Shown in pieces: positions 1 to 15,347 of a stretch of 64,000 nt of DNA. The stretch's first letter is position 1. Every line of letters starts with the position of its first letter. The stretch is from NCBI RefSeq assembly GCF_964204645.1, contig NC_134028.1, positions 3,286,001 to 3,350,000 of the forward strand, in the 5' to 3' direction. Origin of the DNA: Tubulanus polymorphus. Taxonomy: Eukaryota; Animalia; Nemertea. Under the pieces are notes generated by a model. It was not told the DNA's origin. It did not search any database and was given only the letters and a program-made list of their open reading frames with translations. Made by a program: the position numbers and the translations under genes.

Positions 1-1760
1 TTTAGCAAATCATTGCCTTAAAGAATAAACACAAGTTCATCCGGTGTTTATTTCAGATTTCAAAAGAATACAAACGGAGTGCACGCAATACAAAACGGCA
101 CATAGATATGATATATGCGTTGGATTAATCCGTATCGTGTATTAAATAGCTGCAAGGTGTGGAGAAACGAATCCGACCGATAATCGCATTATGTCTAATC
201 CCGGTTAGCGGCGTATATAACAAAATATAAACAAGTAATGAAATTTGCGGGGTTCTTCGGCATAGTTACAATATTGCAGTTCATCCAATACCTTTGACAA
301 ATATCATCGACTATCGTCAAATAAGACAAAACGCTGCTGCTACTTATTTCCAATAAAACGTATATACATATAACACGTGTATGTATGGATCTTATCCCGA
401 AATCGTGTCCGGGGATGACAGCACTATCTATTGATCTTTGACTGGTGACCAATTACTGATGTAATGCCCGGGGTTAAAGTTTATTTGACCAAGTATGTTT
501 TTTTTAGATGATTTGCCTTCAGAAAACAACTTGGTATTCCGGCAAATAACTCGCTGTTCGGCGGTCCATTATTTTTCGCTTCTGCAGTCGATATAACTCA
601 GATGCATATTTATAGCATTGTGCCATTATTGCCTGTTGAATGCGTTGTTGGAATCTTAACCTTTTGCGTTTTTCGATGTAATTGACTTAGGTAGGTTTAG
701 AACACGATCGACTATTAGCTGGTATACTAATACTTTCTGGTCTTCTTTTATCACAGAAAAAACTTCATCGATATGGTAGTAACATTTGCAATAATCTGCA
801 AACTTTACTACCATATCATTTAATTTTTTTCTCCTGACTACCCCCGATATTGTGTTGATTAAACATACACAAAACCTTAGAGTATTCTTCATCTCATCCC
901 CTTTAGTTTATTTCCACGAAGAATACAAGCGACAATCTTGATGAAACTCTCTCAGACTGTCTATGTTGTAATAACATACGATAAAGGCCCGCATGAAAAT
1001 AAAAGAAAAACTAACGAGTCGGAGAAGTTTCCTTCCCCTAATGGTTAGTATTATTGTTCTGGGACCAGTTGTTGAAAAGTTGGTTAGAGTTTTAACCAGT
1101 GGATAGTTGACTGTTACTATGGTATTTATCGGCCGGTTATCTTTAACCAATTTTTGAGCAACTGACCCCAGAACAATATTGTTCTATACAGGATTGTATC
1201 TATATTCTACATTAATTCTGCTGTGACTTGCTTCATGAAGATGGCTATTAACTTCGTCGAAATGAACTATAGCTCAAGTAAACCTTTCTTCGGTCTCATT
1301 TTTCTTTTCTACTGCGTACGAGACTCTATCGAATACAAGGGAGCTTTGAATGAGCAGAAAATGGTAGATCAGCAATATGTTCAAGCCCTCAATACCCGCA
1401 GGATATAAGGTTAAATTTCATCAGTATTTTGGTGCCAAATTCACTTTGGAAGCGATCATCAATTGCCATTTCAGTGATAGCTAGACGTGCGAAACGCGTC
1501 TCCTCGGGAATAATTTGCGGAAGAACCTTCAGGCAATTTCTTCGCGGTGATTCCTACAAAAGGATTCGTGCGGTATGTCTGTCCTCCGAATCCTAGTCTG
1601 AATAGAAAATGGAATGCGCTTCGATTGTTTTCAATTTCACGACCGGAAATTTGCTTTCGAAGGGTTTCACTTTCTTTCTGGAAATAAAATGCGCTCGAAT
1701 GCCAAAATCACGGGTTAATTAGACGAATTAGTTATTGTGTAGGAATCAGTGGAATCTCTG

Positions 1761-1939
1761 AAGCCCAACGCACGCGACGCAGGGAAACACAGAAACACGG
1801 AAACAGGAAGAAACATGTTTCCGAGCGTTTCTCTGTGTCGTGTGCTTTTACGAGAAACAAGAAACGTGGTTTCAGGAAAACGTTTTCAAGATCAAAAATA
1901 TTTGTTTCCGTGTTTCTGTGTTCACTGTGCGTTGGGCTT
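1761..1939. mobile_element. MITE (non-autonomous DNA transposon, PIF/Harbinger-like)
   Basis: Terminal inverted repeats AAGCCCAACGCAC...GTGCGTTGGGCTT. Subterminal ACACAGAAACACGGAAACA on the left is mirrored by TGTTTCCGTGTTTCTGTGT on the right. Flanks are TGA/TTA-type 3-bp sites. Superfamily is inferred. Confidence 0.7.
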
Positions 1940-4733
1940 TAGACTCCACGGCGTGACCACGCTCAAAAATGTGTATGTTTACTGGCGACGTAAACATGTT
2001 TACGAAGAAGGTTAGAAGTCAGAAGGTTAGACCAGGAGTTCAATATGAACTAATTCAAGTTGAATAGTAACAACTTCTCGGCTTCGATTAATTGCGATTC
2101 GTGGCATAACTCTAAGAGAATCCGGATATGGGGGGGTTATAGCAGGGTTATTGTCCGCACTGGTTGTGATGATAAGTACCAAAATTCGGCGGAGGAAACT
2201 CGATCGACAATCGTATAAGGGCTAAATCAGATCTCCATCGACATTGAAGTAGACATCAGTATCGATTTCAGCCGATAATCCAATATGAGAATGATTCGCG
2301 TTGACGCCACTAAAACGAACCATCGAAGAATATACCCGATCTACTCAGCAATTCACACTGTTCATTTCGGTAATCATCTTAACCGTGATGGCAATTCGTC
2401 TTTTCAAAACACGAGATACGACGAGGGTCACAGAATGCTGCCCGCAGAATCTAAAGCTGATTTAGTTTGTTAGCGTGGTAATTAAACGTCCATGCCAATT
2501 ATCCGCCAAATCACAATGCAGAACAAAAAGCGAAAGATATAGAAGTGAAACCCACGCGTCAGAGCCGATTTTCTGTTGCTTTTTCATTGTTACTGCGAGT
2601 CAGAGTTAATCTGGTCTTATAATCCCTTGATCCCCGAGGCTTTACAAAAACGTTCTACGTTAATCTTGATTAATTCCAACTGTTACAACTTTATGAATAT
2701 GGTTTTTTACTGCACGTCCTCATCTTGCGAGGGGTACGAGAAAATATCGAGGCACTATTCAAACAGATTACGCCTAACAACTTTAAAATAGATTCAACAG
2801 TCAGTACAAAGCCATGTCATTTCCATGTTATAGGTTTCCGAATTGAACGACGAACTGCTTTTGACCCCGAAGTCAAATTCAACGGATAGTGAAGGGTCCA
2901 AATTGCGTGTTTCCAATGTCGATGAATTGTTCAAATAAATCGATAAATATCAGTCGTCAATATATATTGATGATACATCGCGCGCTGAAACGCGATCGAG
3001 CGTGTAACGGCGTTAGAAGCTTAGACAATCGCGACCTTGAAGAAAACCGAACGATTCTATCGCAAATTGTCTCCCGCTCCACCGAAATGGACAAAACTCA
3101 ATAAGCTTATGATCTTATCCCTAAATATATAACGAGAAGTGATAAAAATGATATATCATATCCCCCCGGGGCAGTGATCTGCGAGTAGAGACAGTGAGTA
3201 TGGGGGCCCGCGAATGAGCTGAGATACTGATTAGGAAAAATATTATCTCAGTAAAAACCAAAAAATTGTAAAATCTAAAGCAGCCTTCGTCTTTTCGATC
3301 CGTGGTTCCTTAGGAATAATGAATAACCAAACCATTTACTTGTGAATGTTTTAATTGGCAATAAAAAGGCAAACATTTTTTGAAGTAAAACTGTTTGCCG
3401 TATTCAAAAGACATATATTTGGCTGCGCGATCTCATTAACGGCTTTCTAAATGAAAGTTATGTTTAATTCGTTAATTTGATTAACTTCACTCTCATTGAA
3501 TTATAGGAGATGTTCCAGCTATTATCAAAACGATCGAAGTCGCGCAGAGGTTTATGAATATCGGTTTCGAATACAAATGCATATTTCCAGACGTCTAGTC
3601 GCGAACTGATAATAAGCGTATTGAATCGCAATGTGGAGATCCAATTTGATTTATACATCTGATTGGATACCGAACACAAAGCAACGGCTTCTTCGTAAAT
3701 CCACGAAAATAACATCGCCATCCGTTATAGATTCCGAATCAACGAAGTTACTTAGACCATATTTTGCGTCTTATGCGCTGCGTTGCCTATTGTACGTCGG
3801 AGCCAAATTCATCAATTCGTCTAAATTGTCTTTTTAACTTGAAAATATTGAAATCAAGATATCTGAATCGTCTGGAGATGAATATAATATGCGATAACGC
3901 TATTATTGATAAACTGTTACCAAAGGGAAAGACGCTACCCGTATGGGTTGAAGAAGCGCTTCGAAAATTGAGGAAAAAACGATTAATGTATTACGCGCTT
4001 TTTCAGTTTGATGAAAGTAAATAGAGCAAGAATTCCTAGAAATTTCGCTGAAAGCCGATCCTGCTATTGGGATTCGCTAATGACGGTGATGCTGGGGTGC
4101 ACGTGTGAGTTGTGATCTCGTCGAATTTCAATAAATGAAACGCCGATTGAATCCGCGGGTTGAAGGCGGCTCTTTCCGCCGAAGAAAGTATTGAATTCTC
4201 TGCAATCGCTAAAAAGCGTAAGATCCCATTAGGACATCGGTAAAGTGACTTCTGATGAATGCGCACCAGCGTTCAATTCCGTCGAGGAATACACGGGAGT
4301 ATCACACGATCCTGCCACGTCTGTCTTGGGAATCTAGCCAATTTATAAATTGAAAACTTGTAAATGAACCGATGCGTTTTGTGCAAGTGAATTTTAACCG
4401 TATATCAGTGACGCTTAGAATAACACTAATCTACGTGAGGTAGGCTGCGATGTAAACACGTCGCAAAATCAAAACATTGTCGAGGCCGTCGCGTATTTTT
4501 TCGAGTATTTTCGCGTGGCGTTCACAGAAATGCCATTGTTCAACAACTTGTACATGACAACGAATGCTGCTAATGACAAAGAATACTTGCGGATTTATGA
4601 TAGAACCTTTATATGGTGGCTGTTTCTCGAAAGGTGCCTAAATCATAGATTAATTTTCGAGAAGGTAACAGCCAGCTTCCTTCTCATCAATAATGTAGAT
4701 TCCGATATTTTTCCAATTGGCTGTATCATATTC

Positions 4734-4921
<188 letters not shown>

Positions 4922-7900
4922 GAATCTACATTATTGATGAGAAGGAAGCTGGCTGTTATATATATATATATATATCAAAATGGTCAGGATGTTTTTCATT
5001 CATGTTGTTGATGAATATTAATTATTCATGTACTTATCATCGCTTTGCTTCCTTATGCATACAATCTTTAATTAACAGGTGTTTGTTTCCTCTCTCGCTA
5101 CCTTCAACTCATTCAAGTATATATACGGAATAAGCAATAATGATATTTGATCACTGGCCTTTAGAGAAGAGAGATGTGTTGTGATATTTTTCTGACGCGG
5201 TTTTTTGCGTCAGTTTTTTTTCAATCTACGCCCGTAATGAGATTATTATGAAAATAGCTAGTTAACGAGGTGTATGCTGTTGAGACAAACATACGATATC
5301 GGTAGAAAGACCGCCTCAATCCACAATGGCGCCACTGTGTTTTAAAAATAACCATTTGTCCTCTTGCGAGGAAAACGAAGGAGTAATTACATGCGCCGTT
5401 AATAAGTGTAATTACTTTGTTTCGCGGTGGTGCAATGTGTGTACTTGATTTCGCGTTAAGCCGAAGAGACGGTCGTCTAAAAAAGGCTCGAATCAAGCGG
5501 CATTGACGTCAGCAAGCGATGGGATAAAGACAAGGCGTATATACAAGGCGTAAGAGTTAAGACAGGCTTGAACAAAACTAATGAGAAAACTGGACAACAA
5601 AGCATGTCCAACAAACATCCTCGTATGCGGGTAAGATAAACGACTGGCCTTGTTCTATCATTTCCACAATCTGTTGATACCCGACTCATAATTGCATCCG
5701 TCATCTGCACGTGTTGCAGATATAACGCTTGGCAGTGACCCTTCGGTTACTAAATACAACCCGATGGCCTTAAGTATTTATTGCAAAACCTTAATCATAA
5801 GCAAGTGTACTGCCTTATTACGGGCCTATGATTTTATGGATATACAATATCAGTACTTTAGAGATAGATTGAGCCAGTGATCTCTCATTACACCAGTGAA
5901 AGGGTCCGAAACCTATTACAGCGTGCAATATCTTAACTCATTCAGAATTCCGGATGTTTTTTGAAGTGGCTAGCTTCATCTTTCTTCGTTTGGTCTTTCG
6001 ATTGCTGATATAATATATTCACAAGTGGCGTGCGCCTATCAAGGGACTATAATGACGGATGAGTTTCTACGTGGAGTATGGTCCGTCATCAAACGATCTA
6101 TCAACGACGTACCTTGTACCGGTTGACATTTCGTTATTTCAGTAATCATAACAAATAGCGCAGCGACGGACTTTTATTTCTTCTGAAAAAATACGACAAC
6201 AATTATTCCTTTCTACTATCGCTGATCGAAATGTCTGACACAAAAACGACGTGGTTTGATGTGATGATTCGGCGTATTCGGATGCATCAAGATTCATGGA
6301 AAACCAGTTGTTAATTATCTTTATCTTGTGCAACCAGTGATTGATACCAAGAGAAATTGATTTAATGTTCACGTACGTATTGTATGATTTTTACTGTTTT
6401 ATGTGCAAAAGTCTTCCTCGTGGCTGCTGCAACTATTAATGGTCAGTTCCGCCAAATCAAATACCTCAGATGAACATATACCCCACATGTGCCAGGCTAC
6501 AACAATCTATCATGATTGGTAAACCACAGGGCGACATTGTCAAATTACTCCAAGTGCGGGGACGCGCTTCTTTTTTCCTCGCGCAAAGCAACGAACGCAA
6601 TTACAAGCATATCACGACGGTCGATCTCGACTCGTTTGGAGGCGTATTGCTTTCGGCATCTGATTGTTTATATTGTCGACGATGAAAATGACATGCGAGC
6701 AACATATCGAAGCCGCCCGCAGACGTATCATTTTGTCTTTCCTCATCAAATCGTATTTTTCACTTGTTGTTTTCCCGCGTTGTCTTAACCGAGTTACAGC
6801 GCGAGGGAGGTTAAGTTTTGATTGTGTTCTTTCCCCCGATTGGCTGCTGTAGTGACACGATATAACCCATGGGTCTGAGAACGGATTGGCACCACGGCCT
6901 ATCACTTTCCATATCAACGTCTTGTATTTTTCCATTAAAACCCGTGTCGAGAAGAAATAGAAAATGAGAGCACAATTTTTCCAAAGAACCAGATCACCGC
7001 CCATTAGTACATTCCGCCATTGGCGCTCGAAGACGCCTGTCACAGCACGTTAGTGCTAGAAACCTCCTCTAAAACTTTACCTTGAGAAGTTGAGAAGTTT
7101 ACCAAAAATTCCTCCTATCCGTATGAAAACCACTTAACCTGAACGCACGACTCTCGTAATAAGTCGTAAGTAGAAGAACTGTACATCGAAGACGCCGAAA
7201 TAGCTACGGAAGCGCAACCTACGGGCGTTAATTGATGCAAGAAATATTGTTCACTAAATGTGTAATATCAAGAGCGCTGGAACTGGTGCACGAGATGAGT
7301 ACTTTAAAAGCATTGACGGTACCTCACAGATGGGTAGCAGAGAAAACTGCCTTCAACGCTGTAGGGTATTTGTCACCGACAGTAGCATAGCGGGTATCCA
7401 CCGAGTTTTAAGAGTAACTGAAGTAGAATTAACTAAAAAATTAAGAAAACGCGCGGATCCGTGGAAAACAGGTTGTTTTCGCTTTTAACATTTCAACGAA
7501 AGCTTTTAAATTGTTTTTCTTCCCGCTTTCTACGAAAGTTGTGGTGAAATTCAAGATAACTCTTCAGTATTCTGTAAAGATCAGATCAAACTTCATAACG
7601 CTCCATTTCTTGATTCTGCATGCCGCTTTGAGATAATTTTTCATTGAAAAGATTCATTTTTCATTTTGCGTCGAATTCAACATTGCGAATATCAAACCTA
7701 ACACAAGAATTCGATGGTAAGAAGATCGAGAAGGTTTAGGGGAATAAGATAATCTTTAGCATATAGGTAGGCACCCGAGTGATTTAAGCCATTAGTTTTC
7801 TGCGTTGGCTAGTACGTGGTTTAAGAGTTCAAATACTGGCTGGGGTGGTATAAGTGCATGCACCAGCCAAGTCCGAGTTGCCTTCAACGGGTTGGGGGAA

Positions 7901-10900
7901 TATTTTACGTGGAATATAGATAAGCCTCAAAATGACCTGATGTTGGGAGACGGCATTCACGTCGGCTATCGGCCAAAATTGTGGATACCAGTTTGTGAGT
8001 TTTAGCGTTGAGCTACCATTGATGAATTTAATCGCCTGAAGCTATTGCTCGCTAGAATATATGCCGTCAATATCGAAACATTTTCTGCCGGATTTTGCTT
8101 AAGTCGATAGTTGTTCAACTGTGTATAAAATAGACGATCGCTAAATTGTCAACGCGAGAAAATTGCACTCTGAAACGTTTGATCAAGCGAAATAACCCTT
8201 GTTCGTGATGGAGAGTCGATTTCGCCCATCAATCAAGCAAAAAACAATTTCCCTTAAGTCCGCCTGACGAGCGGACAGAATGAACAGTTTAGCGGGTCCT
8301 AAATGACTATTTATTCATATCGCTTTCTTCAACCTACCAGGTGAACTTCTAAAATATGAAATAAGTGAATAAATAAACAGTGGTCATAACATATTATTAT
8401 TGAAGAAATTGTATATGTTAGAAATATCTTCCGACGAAGTTTCTAGTTTGACGACATGTTCTGTTGAAATAGTTCAGTAGTTTGTCATTAACTTCCCGTG
8501 CGATATGAATTATGGTAGCATTACGGAGCGATTTTGATCAGAAGTGGAGAACTAAAGTATCAAACTCTCAACCAACGATTCGATTCGCATTTACTGAGAC
8601 CACATCAGAATGCTTCGCCGATTCTACCGTGTTGATTGTACAAATTCCTCCATTCTCTGACCGTCGTCGCTTACGACTTCTGATAAATGAAGTCGGCTCA
8701 TCACTATAGATTGACGGTCTCCGCGGACGTCCTTAATGGATACAAGATTCAGTGAGAACGCTTCGACAATCAGGCCTTATTACTGTGTAAATCTCTTGAG
8801 CCGCTGCGTGTCCGCCCGTGTATAAAAACCAATATCGTTGACAGGTGACGCCGGATGTCTGGAGAGTCGACAATTCGGTTGGAATCAGGACCCATTACGT
8901 TTCTGATTAGATAACTGAACCGACTTCATTGAAGGTATTTTACCCTTCAACAACTCGCTTCACGTATTGAATAAGCGGCGGTTTCCGCATTCTGACACAC
9001 TCGACCGTCGGCGGCGTCGATATTCGCTTTTTTTACATAAGGTCCGGTTCGCTACGGAAAACGCATCATGAATAAACGCATTAGAAAACACCCACATGAC
9101 AACGGAGTCAGGGTTTTACTGTTTCGTGTTTACGATACATATATCTACATTATCAAGTATCTTTTTTATCGGTGAATGCTGGCGATCTAATTTCGAAGAG
9201 TCTTGCCTGAATTGGTCGACACAAATGTGGGCGTTAATGTAGAAAAGAATAAACGCCAGAAGAGACTAAAATAAACCAGTTGAAGACACTAGAGAGTGCC
9301 TTGATTATTTTCTATGTAAAATGAGAAGACATGGAGGAGTGTCCGTCTATAAGTGTGTAAATAGAATGTTGACCAAAGTATGTAATAACTCGTCGGATTT
9401 GGATTTTAAAGAAATTTGAATTTAACGGAAAAATCCAGCGTGTTAAGCATTACAACGCGTGGTTGAGAAAATCGTCACGTTAGTTCTTTTTCATAAAGCG
9501 GACAACAGCAACGCTTTCCAGCAGCGACGAATGATGCAGTTTAATTGAAAACCTCCGCCTCAGCTAGAAACCGGCAACTTTGATCTCAGGAAATTACTAA
9601 CGGCGAACTGACTCGGGACGTGGATACCTCGTCAACCTTTAGAATATCTTATTTGACAGCGTCTAATGTATCCGATGAAATACTGCGTCGAGGCGCGGGT
9701 GACTCGAGATCTTTCATCTTTTAAACCTCTGTATTCTACCTACGACGCCTTCACGAAATACTTCGTGTACGTCAAAATGAAATATGACAAAAGTAACGTG
9801 ATATTCTAAAACTTGAGAAAAGAAAACTTCATTTAAGGGGTTGGTCGAGTGCAAATCGGTTTTGTTGCATATTTGTTTCGTATCACCGCATATTGATGAA
9901 AACATTTTTATGCTTCTCGGCCGGTTATCGCCAAACCGCCATCCCGGGAACTGTGTCCACAAGACGCAAGGCAAACATGGAATTCTGCAATTGTCAAAAA
10001 GAATTATCCGAAGATGAAATATAAGCTCGGCACGCCATAAAATAATTGACTTGTCCATGACAGATGTGCAACGTCCCTTGAGTGGTATTTTCACGATTCG
10101 GTTGCTATTGACATGGCGCTGTTATTTGAAAGTTTTCGCGATTGTCTCGGTTTTAACGGAACGACAGCCCAGTTTGACTGTTAGTAATTCTGGTTTCCAG
10201 ATGCAGCGAATGAAACCCGTTTACTGCAAGAAGTTGTTAGGTTGCGCGATAAACGATCAACAACAGACGCGCGGATAAAATGAGTATCCCATCATTGCCA
10301 TTGCTATAAAAAATGAACGCGAAATGATAACAGAACCTTTCTCAGACAAGCCAGTTAACCGTCTCATTTTTGGCTTCATCTTATCTTTCGTGCGTGAAAA
10401 ACGATGAGCTAATGATACAATATTCATCGTTGCTATCCTCTTACTAATAATATATACCTTTGATTGACTACGGTTACAGTAGAAATGCGAATAAGTCGAA
10501 GGGACATTTTTTATATCTTTGGGTATAAGAAAAAAAAGTCATCTTAAACGTACAGAATGTTTCATTATGATTTGCCTGCGACTGTTGAGTGGTTTTTCCT
10601 AGATTCGTATAGCTTGTACAGCCGGGTTTCTAGTTACGTCGTCGACAGTCATTGTCATTCTGGACGTCGTCGATTTTCGTTTAACGGCTGCAAAAAATTA
10701 AGTCACAGATTTCCCAACGGTGGACGAATTACACGAACGAAAGTAAAGTATCATCAAAGCTACAATTTGACTAATCCACTTTACGGATCTTCCAGGCCAA
10801 CTGCATTTCTGGGGACGAATGATCAGCAGAAAAAGCACATACTGTTTTCCCAGACGAAAATAATCTTGTTATTCAAACGCATTCGAATGACTCAATTATC

Positions 10901-11473
10901 CACTTTTAAAAGGTAATTTTACTCAGATAACGTGGCAGAAATTGACAATTTATGATTCTAAGAGTTGATAAATAACGTTAAAAGTACTTCTGGCGGCATC
11001 AAACGAATTATTCACGTTGGTTCTAGCCGATAAATTAGATTTCTATAAATTCGCAGTCATACGCAGTTCATGAAAATGAAGTTTGTTGAACGATTGATAC
11101 ATTTTCTGAATTAGAAACATCGATCTCCATCCTCTAAACACGCCTTCGACAATGCGGATATCTTATTTGAGTCTTCTACTAATGTGAATTTTATGAGTAC
11201 ATCGAACATTGTGACAAGGATTTATCACGAATTAAAGCCTCCTGTCAGAACGCGCTATGAAGTGTGTTGAAAAAATGATATTAATATCCGCGAGTTGAAA
11301 CATCGACAAGTCACGCTTCAAAATCGTAATCGGGCAAAATAACCGACCTATTACTAACACTGACACAAGGCTTATAAACTGAAGCTCGGGTTTGGCTGCT
11401 GTAGAATAATGATCAACTGCCGAGAAGTTTGCCAACGTTAACTTTTCAATAAATCATTACGAGTCCTCTACTT

Positions 11474-11530
11474 TCTCTCTCACTCTCTCTTTCTCTCTCT
11501 CTCTCACTCACACTCTCTCTCTCTCACTCT
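11474..11530. repeat. (CT)n/(CA) compound microsatellite
   Basis: tctctctcactctctctttctctctctctctcactcacactctctctctctcactct. Confidence 0.9.
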
Positions 11531-14500
11531 GTGTATGACCGTAGTTAGAACGCGAGAATGATTTACGCACGAATAATAGCACGCCAGATGATGTATCACC
11601 TTCAATCCCCGATCGAACGCTACCCGCCGTTGGCCAAACTCGGCCTCCATTTTCATCAAGTTTACTCGATCAAAATTTGGTCGATCGAATGTAGGTCAAA
11701 ATGTTGACATACTTCAACGGTGTAGTTGTGCATTAATTTCAACCTAAAATTGAGTTCAGTTCTTTTTGACGCCGTAAACATCGTTACAAACATGTTGTGA
11801 CGTATGTTTATTGATATATGCTGTCTGTTTTTTGACGCCTTATAAAACGTTACCATTATGAAACCTAAACAATGCTAACCATTCAGCGTCATTTTACAAA
11901 CGACAACCGTAAATCGATGTGCAAAACGTCACAGGTTTATGTGTACACATACAAGCTATTTGGCAAAATATTATTGATAAAGATGTAGAATGGCTCCCTG
12001 TGATTATATAATGACCTATATTTGAACGTCGAAATGTTATATTGCATTGAATATCATGAGAAGACGTATTGTAATAGTAAAGGATGTATGATTATATCAG
12101 GAGCGTCAGGCATAAATAGAAATGATAAGTAAATCGGATTATTCGGTTAAATGGCGGATGTATACACGATTTGGAAGTCTGATATAAAAGTCAGACCCTG
12201 ACATGGGGATGCTAGTGGAATGACGAAGCTATCTACGATCTGAGTAGGGCCGGCGTGAATTTCATCGGCGGCTACAAGCGGTCTATATAAAATCGTGTAA
12301 ACATATAATTTCAATATTCAAATGTTTTAGTAAATATGTTCGATATTAGAGGTATGCAGGTTTCATGAGATTAGCAATTTATAATAGCATAACTGTCATA
12401 TACGGCTCCGCGTCCACTGATGGCATGTGTATAAGGTGACAATTCAATTCAATACTTTATTGATCCTTATTTCATTGAAATTCCGGGATAAAATTCCCAA
12501 ATTCAATAAAGTTACAAATTTTAAACTAAGAAAATACAAAATACAAGACACACGGGTAATTCATACAGAATAACATGAATAAGTTATTTAAATGACAATG
12601 TCTACTTCAACCCAGACTCAAGTCTAGGATATCGAGTGACAGTCAAACCGGCCGATCCCGCCGGTCGACCGGGCCGGCTGGCTACACGATATGCTCGAAG
12701 TCATGATGAAGCAGACATCAGAAGAGCTCTTTCTTCAACCATGGAGGCAATGAAGTTGCAGACCAGCTTAGAGGCAAAAGTGAATCGAAATCGGTCACAA
12801 GTTGACAATTTTTTTTTAAATTAGACCAGTCGAAGATTGTATCATCTACCCAATCGCCAAATCTCATAATTCCCCAAATTTCTTAAAACTTCGATTTCAA
12901 ATTTGCAATTCCACATTAGCTTATCCCAGAAATTCTACATTTTTTCGCAGGCGTCAAATAATTTATTAAAGTTAATTTTCTTGTTTATTTCAATGTTAGG
13001 CAACATGACTATAGAGCCCAATTAACTGTCACTAGTTGTCTGATCCTAGCAAATCGGGTGACCTCGTAAAATAATTTTGCAAGGTAAACATGATTTGGGC
13101 TCCGGAATATCCTTCACTTTATTCAAGTATCGGGCCCCTGTATCATATTACAATATCAATGACAATCCACCTTGCGAAACATGCAGGTGCTATATGAAGA
13201 AAACGACGTTTATAGCCTACCATTATTGCCATACATTTATTCCCTGAAATTCACGTTGACGCCGTGTTATTGGGGTGCAGAATAGAAAGCTCATCTGCGC
13301 TACAAATCAATTGATTTCTTATAGATCTTCCAAGATTTCGATCTTGATAAGAATAGATTCACGCAAGTCATAACACGGATATACATCATTGGGTGTTTAA
13401 GCATGACCCCGGATATCTCCACCGAAAAGCGTAAAGAATCACGATTTGGTCGTACTGAACGGGAGCTTAGGGCCCTCCCTGGAGAAGTCTTGAAAATTTG
13501 ATTCTCAAATATTATATGGCCTCTTGGGTGATTTACATTATAACGAAGGGAACGAACTAAATTTGTTTTCGCGGGAACGAACCCCCGCGCTACGTGCCTG
13601 ATTTCCCCGAATGATGAATGTCGAAGGAAGCTCACCCCGAACCTGCGCGGATGAATAAACTTCTGTTCATTTTAATTGCGTCTAATCTAATCTAGTATCG
13701 TTAGCGTAGTTCTGTGGGTGACATGGAGTGGCTTTTAAAACCAATACGATGAAGCCGCGATGAGATCAAGAGCTGTTAAGATGTCTGAGTTACTACTGTG
13801 TCGACCTCGAAATCTTACGTTCATCGGATAGTAAAAAAACTTGATTATGAAACAAAATGTTATTTAAGGTCAAATCTTATGTTTTTCAGATGTCAGAAGC
13901 GACTGTTGTCAAACGACGGGTAAGCCGACGATGATTGTGACGTTGTCGTCGAATCGACAACGCTGAAGCTAATAGCAACATTATCAGTCCATTCTCAAGA
14001 AAATAGCGTATTTAATCAACGCGTCGAGTCTAGTTTATTCTCATAAATATTGAACGTTCTTGTGTCGACGTCGGTGTCGGGTAGATGTCTTACGGTGAAA
14101 CAAAAACAGTTTGTTGCAGTGTGTTTCGTGCAACAGTCGGGATCTTATAAGATAAATTAGAAGAAACACTGTTGGATATGGAAGATGTGCGCATTAATTA
14201 ACAGAACCAAATAAGGAACGCGTCTTTTACGTTTACCGGCATAGAATTAAACAACCGTACGCGTATTTCTATTTGCAAAATTGCTTTCGGGAATAAACCT
14301 GAAATGTCTTTAATTTGTGACAAGTTTTAAGAACAGATTATCCGATTTTGATTTCTGACAATTCTGCACGGATTAAAATGTCAGATTAGTATAGGTGAAC
14401 ATAGTTGAACGGCTTCGGGGACACGACTGTAAAATCGTGACATTTTAAATTGTTTTTTTCTGGGATTGAAGCAGATTAATACGTTGCTGCTCGTAGCGAT

Positions 14501-14543
14501 CACAGAATACACACGCGGCAAGCATCATTTCTCAGCGGCTAAA

Positions 14544-15347
14544 ATGACTAGCTTAACGCAGTATAACCAGGGGGAACCCCCGACGGCTAATCTGACCCTT
14601 GGGTCGGTACCGCGAGGTGATCCATCCGCCGAAAACGAGACGATTATCGACCAATCAGAAATGGCTTTACCGATTTATGCGAAGTGCATAATCGGCATAA
14701 TGTACACGGCTATTATAATCATGGGCGTTGGAGGCAATGTCATCGTTTGTTACATAGTGCTTGCCTATAAGCGGATGCGTACCGTCACTAACTATTTCAT
14801 CGTGAATTTGGCGCTCAGCGATATACTCATGGCCGTTATTTGTATCCCATTCACTATCATAGCTAACATGTTAGTGAACTATTGGCCTTTCGGTGCGATC
14901 ATGTGCCCGATAGTTACATTCGCCCAGGTCGTGGCCGTCTTTCTAAGCTCGTTCACGCTGGTCGCTATTAGTCTAGACCGATACATCGCCATCATGATAC
15001 CTCTTCGACCGAAAATGACCACTCGTCAGGCAATCATCGTCATCGTAACTATTTGGATTTTGTCGTCTGCCGTCTCGTCCCCGGTTGCCATATTGTCGAC
15101 TTTAGACGAACGTAAAGTCAATATCGGCGGCGGTCAGGTGGTGATGCGTAAATACTGCATCGAAGACTGGTCGAATAGCAAGGATAGTTTCGACTACAGT
15201 ATAGTCATAATGTGTCTGCAGTACTTTTTGCCTTTACTAGTGCTGATATTCACCTACACGAGAATCGGGTTCGTTATTTGGGTAAAGAAAATACCCGGAG
15301 AAGCGGTAAACCAAAGGGATCAACGAATGGCCGCTTCCAAGAGAAAG
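14544..15347 (+). CDS. GPCR coding exon 1 (N-terminus to ICL3, TM1-5)
   Basis: ATG in an AAAATG context at 14544; ends AAG|gtaaga; 804 nt = 268 codons. Confidence 0.9.

Noticed and set aside
14466-14543. N-terminal extension of the GPCR ORF
   Set aside because: It starts at TTG under a bacterial-style start rule. The first ATG in good context is 14544.
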